From the human T2T-CHM13v2.0 reference genome, Homo sapiens, in assembly GCF_009914755.1 (NCBI RefSeq), contig NC_060929.1: DNA of 64,000 nucleotides; one strand, 5' to 3'. Positions 57,494 through 64,000 of the stretch are shown piece after piece. A program made the translations under genes and the position numbers. The notes below the pieces were generated by a model. It was not told the origin of the DNA. It saw only the letters and a program-made list of their open reading frames with translations, and made no database searches. Numbering within the stretch: the first letter of the stretch is position 1; each line of letters opens with the position of its first letter.

Positions 57494-59829
57494 CTACCTC
57501 TCTTTGGCTCTGGCAGAGGGGATTTCACCAGTTTATTCCCAGCCCTGCACTATCTAACTTAGAGAGTTTCCTATTTCTCTTTCAAATCCTTTTCCACCAA
57601 AAGCCTCCTCATGTTCACATACTGGAAAATATTTAAATAGGGATAAATTACTTTCTTTTACCATCAAAGCCCAAGCTTAAAAGATAAATAACCCTGAGTG
57701 AGTTAACATAGGACCTTAAAATTCACACTAAGGTGTAAATGTCTAATAGGTATGATTTCTAAAGAGCACAATTTGGTTGGGGGATGGGAAGGGGAAAGGG
57801 AGGCATGGATCTTGCACAGAGTTGGCCAGCTTGCTGGTGTTACCTGCTTTTCCTCCACCGCAGCTCCCGCCCCCACCCAGGCCTGCTCAGAAGAACCCAA
57901 GCCACTCAGAAGCAGGAGGCAGCCTTCACCCCAACCAGACCAATATCCGTTCCAGACTCAGGATTACAACAATCTGGGAGAGGGTCAACCAAGTCAGAGT
58001 CCCACATGGCAGAAGAGCTGCTTTAGCTTAAGACTCTTAACTCTTTTTCTTCGGGGCAGGAAAGGTTTGAGCCAATGAAGGATGAGGCTTTCCAGGCCCA
58101 GGACACAACCTTGATCCAAGGCCTAGTTGTGGCTTTAATTTTTGTAAATCAAGCCTCAAGTTTTTCTTCACTCTTTTAGCCAAAGATATGTTTCCCAGGA
58201 TGCATGAAATAAATAAATAAAATGTACCAAATTAGAGATTGTGAGACATGTATGTCACTTAAATCCTTTGTAGGCAAGCAGGAATCACTGATTCACTAAA
58301 TTCTGTCCTAAGTTTTTTTTTCTCCTAACCATTGTCTTCATAAGATCATCCCATACTTGGAAAACATTTATCTAATTATCATCACACACAATGGGCCCGC
58401 TGCCAGCTGTTTTTTATTTTAACTTCAGATTCTTTCCAGGGTGTTTGTTTTTTTTTTCTTGGGGGTGGGGAGTAGGAGAGAGGAGTGTGTGTGTCTGTTT
58501 TTGCTATTACACAGAACTGATCAGATTTCCTTTTATAATCACAATTAAACTTCCAGACCCAATCATCTGAATATTTCATGTTTAGAAGATCTCGGTGCAC
58601 ATTGACTTAGTCTCAGAAACCTTCCAAGAAAGGAGGTGAGAAACTGATGGGTGAGGTCAAGTAAATCATTCTAGAAACATAAAGAGCATTGATGGACTAG
58701 AGGAGCTCAAGGCTGACTCTGAGCTCAGTGTTCTCTCCATCAGCTGAGACTGGGTACCATGAGGTTAAGCCTAAAATACATTACTGTAGTCCCTCTAACA
58801 GGAAGGGTAGTCCTAAGAAAGCAGGGCCTTTGTACATCTTGTCCACAGCAGCCCCCACACAGCAGTGGACAAGATGCCTCATCCCCAGCACCTGCTTGGT
58901 GTTTGATGTTGTAGTTGGTGAGCAGCAAGTACTAGTAGAAAATGAATTACCTTTGTCACTCTGCCCCCTACAGTAGCGCAAGTGGAGATTCATAAAATCT
59001 CTCTACAAAACAGGACTGTCAAAGGACTGTCAGGCATTTAAAACCTGGTCAGACCAGTGGCAGCTCTCAAAGGGGCTTAAGGACAGCAATGTGGCTGACG
59101 GGAAATATGTTGGGCTTATGGATGCACTGGCACAGCCAACACAGTTTTACTTCCATTACATTTTATTTCAGGTTTCCTGATGGAGTCTATGGGGAGGGGC
59201 TCAAACTTCTTCTCCACTCCTTGGCACCACAGTGGCTCAGATCAATAGGCTAGGGATGTGAAGCTGTGCTCATGAAAATTGGAGGACCAAAAAAAAAAAA
59301 AAAAAGACCGAAAGATGCAGGGGTCTTGGGAGAGGTTTCCCTCTGCTGCAGAGTCGGCCTCCCTACCCCTGAAGAGCAGGGAGTACGAGGAGGAATGTTT
59401 ATGAAATGAACTCTGGGTAGTCGCCCAGACCTTCAGCTATAGATAATATGTAGAACATTCTAAAGGGACAGCATTTTCATCAGGCATCTAAAACCTGTCA
59501 GAAATGGAGCCCTAAGTTACCATTCACTCTTCCACTGCGTGAACAACAGACCATGTGGCCCACCCTCACCCCACCTCCCTGACTAAAGTGGAGATGGCTT
59601 AAAATAACCAGTTCTCTTTAAATGCATATGTATTCTAAAGGGGCTAATCCTGTAAATAAGGCATGCCTCCGTGAGATTTACTTTTGTGAGAATCTAACAA
59701 CTAATATTAACGAGTATTTAGATTTAGGAAAGAGAAAGGTACTTCAGTATTTATTGGACTTTTCTTGCTTTCTTTTTTTGGAGGGGTGGAGAAAAGAGGA
59801 TTAGTGAGGGGGATGTTATTAAGTTAAGG

Positions 59830-60720
59830 AAAACATTATTGCTTGTTTTGTATGCGCGAGGAATTAAGTTTATAATCTAGGAGAGGAAACAGGGCAAACA
59901 CCGGAATGACTCTGAAACACATCTGCGTCAATGGTAGCAAACAAATTACTGTGAGAGTCAGGGGACGGAAGCGTTTTGCAAAGCCTTGGAGGATTTTGAC
60001 CAGCGGAGATGGGAAAAGGGGATGCCAGGCATGAGAAGGTTCAAGAGAAGGTCTGGGGGCAGGAGAGCCAGAGGAATCAGACTGCTGGAGAAGGTGAGAC
60101 AGACAAGTGCTCACAGGAGAGGTGGGCAAGAGAACTGGCATGGGAGCCAAGGTCATCCCAGGGAGGTCCGAGTCAGACAGGCTCGGGGCCATGACCAAAC
60201 TTCTGCAGTGGATCTGGTGGGATCTTGTTCAATCAGCAGTCTGCAGCCTGGTGACTCAGAGGCAGGGAAAACCACAGAGGCTTTTGGTGAGATAAGGGAC
60301 ATCAAGTTGGCCTTAGACAATCGCTGTGGTGGTGAGTGTTGGGTGGGCTGGAGGGAAGGGAATGGAAGAACGGGAGGCTGGCTGGCAGGCTGTCCCAGTG
60401 ATCCAAATGAGGAGGAATTGAGGACTGGCCTACAGAAGGGACATAGGACATGGAGGAAAAAAGACAGGAGAGGCAAAGCATGGACTTGGAAAATAAGCAG
60501 GGAGAGGCGACTGGCCTGCGCCTTTACCCGGAGGAGTCCTTTTGAGCTATGCTGAGTTTGACAAGCTAGCAGGCCTCAAGAGCACTACTAGGAAAAGGGG
60601 GACACACACATGTCAGCCTCTAAGGAGGTGGAGGCCCTCTTGGAGGCTTTGAAGAGTCAAATGAACAGGGGGTACCAGAGGGTGGAAGCAGAGCAAGGAA
60701 AGAAGCGGGGTAAGCCTTTT
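59830..60720 (-). mobile_element. Highly decayed L2
   Basis: Purine-rich text with L2-like words (gggaaaaccacagaggcttttgg; ttttgagctatgctgagtttga). Confidence 0.5.
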
Positions 60721-61279
60721 GCAAAAGCTTTCAATTTTCTCTAGAACAATTTACAAGAACCCACTAGGGAGGGGAAGTGGGAGCCTGAGGGGAACCCACT
60801 AGGGAGGGGAATTGGGAGCCTCTGTTACATAGTTTTATATCTTTCAAATTTTGAACTTCTTGCATATACAGTTCTACCTGCTGTAATTCAATTTTAAACG
60901 GTTGGGCTCCAGAGCCCTGGTGGCTGCTTGTTGTAGCAGACACCCTGCTTTTCACCCACATGAAGCTCTGGTGGCCAGCCCGGGGTAGGTGTTCAGAAAC
61001 CTCAATGTTTCACTCCTTTCTACCCTCTATCTCCCAGATAGTTGAAGGTTTTTTTTCTGTTTGGGATTCCACTTCATTACCTACACCGAAAAAACATAAC
61101 AAAGTTCTCGGTTTCATCCCAGACGCCTACAGGTCAAGGACGTTTTGGCTAGGTCCTCTCTCAGCTGGCATCAGTGCCAAAATCCTGCGGAAAAGAAGAG
61201 AGTCTGAGAGAGTAGGGAAAGAGGTTGGTGGTGGCTGATTAGGAAACTGTGGAGAAAAGTCCTTGTCATTGCCCCAGGT

Positions 61280-63300
61280 AGAGCCGACCTGGGAAGCAGC
61301 ATCGTCATTGGATTATCTCGGTCGTTCCCGCTCACTTAGGCCAAGCAGGCGATGGGTGTCTCGGTTCTGCCTGGAACTGCCGTTTTTCGGAGGGTGGGCC
61401 GCACCCCGCAGTGCGTCCAACTCTCCCAGCTGCCTAGATGTTCCTTGGGCTTGGGACAAAGCCCCCACAGCTTCCAGGTGGGCCCGGGGCGCACCCTAGC
61501 CCAGGATGGGGTGGCCAGCTTGCTCCCTGCCCCTCTCAAAGGCTGCCCATTCGTCCTTAATCTTTCTGGCAGATTCCACCAGGACTCCTTTACCATGAAT
61601 TGTCCCACCGGGGGCCCCTGTGCCTTTCCGTCGCTGGCACCGAACTGCGTGGCGAGAGCTGGGACAAAACGCCGGAGCGGCCCGGCGGGGGACGCACAGG
61701 CGAGTCTCAGGGCCCCGCCCTCTCCCGTGTCCCCCTGTTCTGCGCGGGCGGGCTGTGCGGGCCTGGCCAGGAGCCGGGTCGGAACTCCGTGCAGCGATGG
61801 CAGCTCGGGCGCGCGCCTTGAGGAGCCGGTGGGGTGCTGGGGGACGGAGAAGGTCCCAAGGTCCGGGGCGCGCGCTTTGCTGCCGCTGGAAGCGCGCCCC
61901 AATTGTCGCGCCGCGTGGTTCGCTCGGTTAAAGCCCCGACCCGAGGGTTATCGAGCTGCTTCCGCCCAGTGGATACGAACCCGGACTGTCCTGAGTGCAT
62001 TTTTTTCCTCCCTTATAGTCTGTTAAATTGACTAATAAACCCAACGCAGCGTTCTCTGTGCAGCTTCAAAAAACTCAGTAATTTCGTTAGAAAACGTTGA
62101 AATCCGACCCCAAAGTATTCAGCCCAAATGTTTAGTTAAAGTAACCCCGTGGGTTAATAAACTAAACAAAGGCAACCCATGCAAAACCGGAGCAATGAAA
62201 ACCAGGCTACATAAACGAAGGGAAGTTTATAAGAACTCTTTGGGAGGAAAAAAAGAGAAAAGGCACCGGGCACGGAGGTTTAATGTGAAGCATGTGAGCG
62301 GGGCTCAGTTTACAGGTACGCGGGCCGATGGCGAAGAGCGCTGTCAAGCGGCCTCGAGGATTTCGGGGGGTTTGCGCCGCCGAGGAAACCCTACCCGGAC
62401 GAGGCGAGCAGCCTGGTGGCCCTGGCGGCCGCGAGCTCCCGGCTGCCACCGCTAGGCGCCCCCGCCCGGCCCGCCGGCGCTCCGAGGGCAAACCCGGGCG
62501 GCACAGCCGTGCGCCCTGGGCTCCGCGCGCCCAAGGAAAGGGCTTCCCAGTCACCCTGCGGCGACGCTTCTCCCTCCCGGGAATGACACCTTCGCTCGCT
62601 TTCACACAGCCAAGCCGTTGGAGAGGCAGAAACAGTGGGTCCCGAGCCCGCAGGAGAAGTTCCCATCCCGCCCCTCTAGCCCTCGGGCGTTGGCAGTGGA
62701 GTAACAAAGACGCTGCCGCGCCGTTGACCCCGAAGAAGCTCTGATGAAAAGGAGGGCGGGCCGCGGGATAGGAGTTTCTACAATTAGTTTTTTCTGCCTT
62801 TACGTTCCCAAGAAGAAGCCGAGGAAGTAGAAAGGAGAGAGATCTGGGAAAGGCAAGATCCAGAAATCAGGAGCCATTATGTTTCTCATTTTGGAGAAAA
62901 ACTGTAAAACAGCTCGGCCTCTTGTCCACCTTGCCCCGAAGGCAAGTCTGGATATGAAAAGAAAAAGGCGGGCAACGGAGGAGATTTATTTTTCATTTTA
63001 ACTTTCCTCTCCCAGGCTTCCTCACCCCCTGCCCCCTTCGATTCCTAGGAGGGGCGGCCCCAGCCCTCGGAGCCGATTCTCGGCGCTGCGCTAGGACATC
63101 AGAGGCGATACAGGTTCGATGTTAAATGAACCTTCAGGCCGCCGGACAATGGCGCAGACCTCACACGGGGGCACCGCGCCTTCCCCCAGCCGTGCTCGGC
63201 TCCCGCCGCTTCTTTATTTCACGTGGTGGAATCCTCCGCGTCTCCTACAGCCGCCGAACCAATGGGCAGACCGGGGAGAGCGGGACGCGCAGGAGAGGGT
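61280..63300. promoter_or_regulatory. CpG island, bipartite with an AT-richer gap at about 62000-62260
   Basis: Abrupt rise in GC and CpG density. GC boxes (ccccgccc near 61713 and 62460; ggggcgg near 63051), E-box cacgtg at 63220-63225, CCAAT at 63259-63263. No interspersed repeats seen. Confidence 0.93.
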
Positions 63301-64000
63301 TTGAAAGGAGGTGTGGGTTTTAATTTTTAAAGAGCATAATTGGGCTGAGGAGGGTTATTTTTTCCTTGGCCACGGGAAAAAAAAGAGGAAGAAGGGGAAA
63401 AAAAAGTCAGGCGAAACACAACACATTTATCTATCAACCGCTAGACAAGACAAAGAGGTTTTAACAACAGTTTGAAAAGAGCGGCCTGTGAATGGTTACT
63501 ATTCAATTTGTATTTTATTCCCCGCTGGTCATGGAATTGAGATCAGAAGAAAAAGTGAAAACACATGGCTGAGGTCAGGGGATCAGAGAACCACCACATA
63601 CAGCAAAGGGAAGGGAAAGCAATGGGAACTCGTGTGAAGAAATGGATTATATAAACAGAGCTTACCATCGCCTGCGCCCCATTATCCTATAATTTACCCT
63701 GCATGGGAGCATAGAAATATATTAAACTAGTGATAGGTTTTACCATTTCTTTACAACCCAGCCTCGTGCCAATCAAGCCTACTATATACTTTGAGACATG
63801 TTTAGAATTCTTGGACTAATGTGTTTATTTTAAATATCACAGGGAAATTATTACATCACTAGAAAATAATGCCAGAGCGGGGGTCTGCCGCCCTTTTGAA
63901 GTCCTGCTGCAACGAAACATGATTTTAATTACATAATCACTTTGAAACTATAATTATACAATAAACGATGAGGATTAAGCGGGAAGTATAGAGTACATTA
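63195..64000 (-). ncRNA. GATA6-AS1: Possible 3' part of a divergent antisense lncRNA entering from the right edge (tentatively GATA6-AS1, unverified)
   Basis: Seen: minus-strand AATAAA at 63213-63218 (others at 62985, 63514, 63824) and a minus-strand donor ATG|GTAAGC at 63668-63660. Inferred: a polyA site about 1.9 kb inside the island edge, after a long gene-free flank, fits my recollection of the GATA6 5' region. Not confirmed by alignment. Confidence 0.35.

Noticed and set aside
61336-62744. Long ORFs in the CpG island (224, 188, 166 and 138 aa)
   Set aside because: They overlap on both strands, are rich in Arg/Ala/Gly/Pro and have no recognisable domain. This is expected from stop-codon scarcity in GC-rich DNA.

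Overview
Anthropoid-primate (most likely human) non-coding genomic DNA. I found no credible protein-coding exon, tRNA/rRNA gene, CRISPR array or prokaryotic system. The ORF track is explained by Alu, L1 and L2 translations and by GC-rich chance ORFs. Bases 1-28 kb and 47-57 kb are dominated by ancient interspersed repeats: L1M, L2, MIR, MaLR/ERVL solo LTRs, hAT and mariner fossils, and at least 15 Alus, many with readable target-site duplications (TSDs). Repeat-poor unique blocks (about 29-31.6, 37-39, 40.5-46.8 and 57.5-64 kb) lead into a CpG island starting near 61.3 kb. This layout resembles the upstream regulatory domain of a developmental gene whose body lies beyond the right edge. My tentative, unverified guess is the GATA6/GATA6-AS1 5' region. 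The best second-look items are locally templated duplications, nested transposon stacks, non-B DNA tracts and candidate enhancers. I cannot support a claim of a new biological system. Repeat subfamily names are from recalled consensus sequences, and boundaries without TSDs are approximate.
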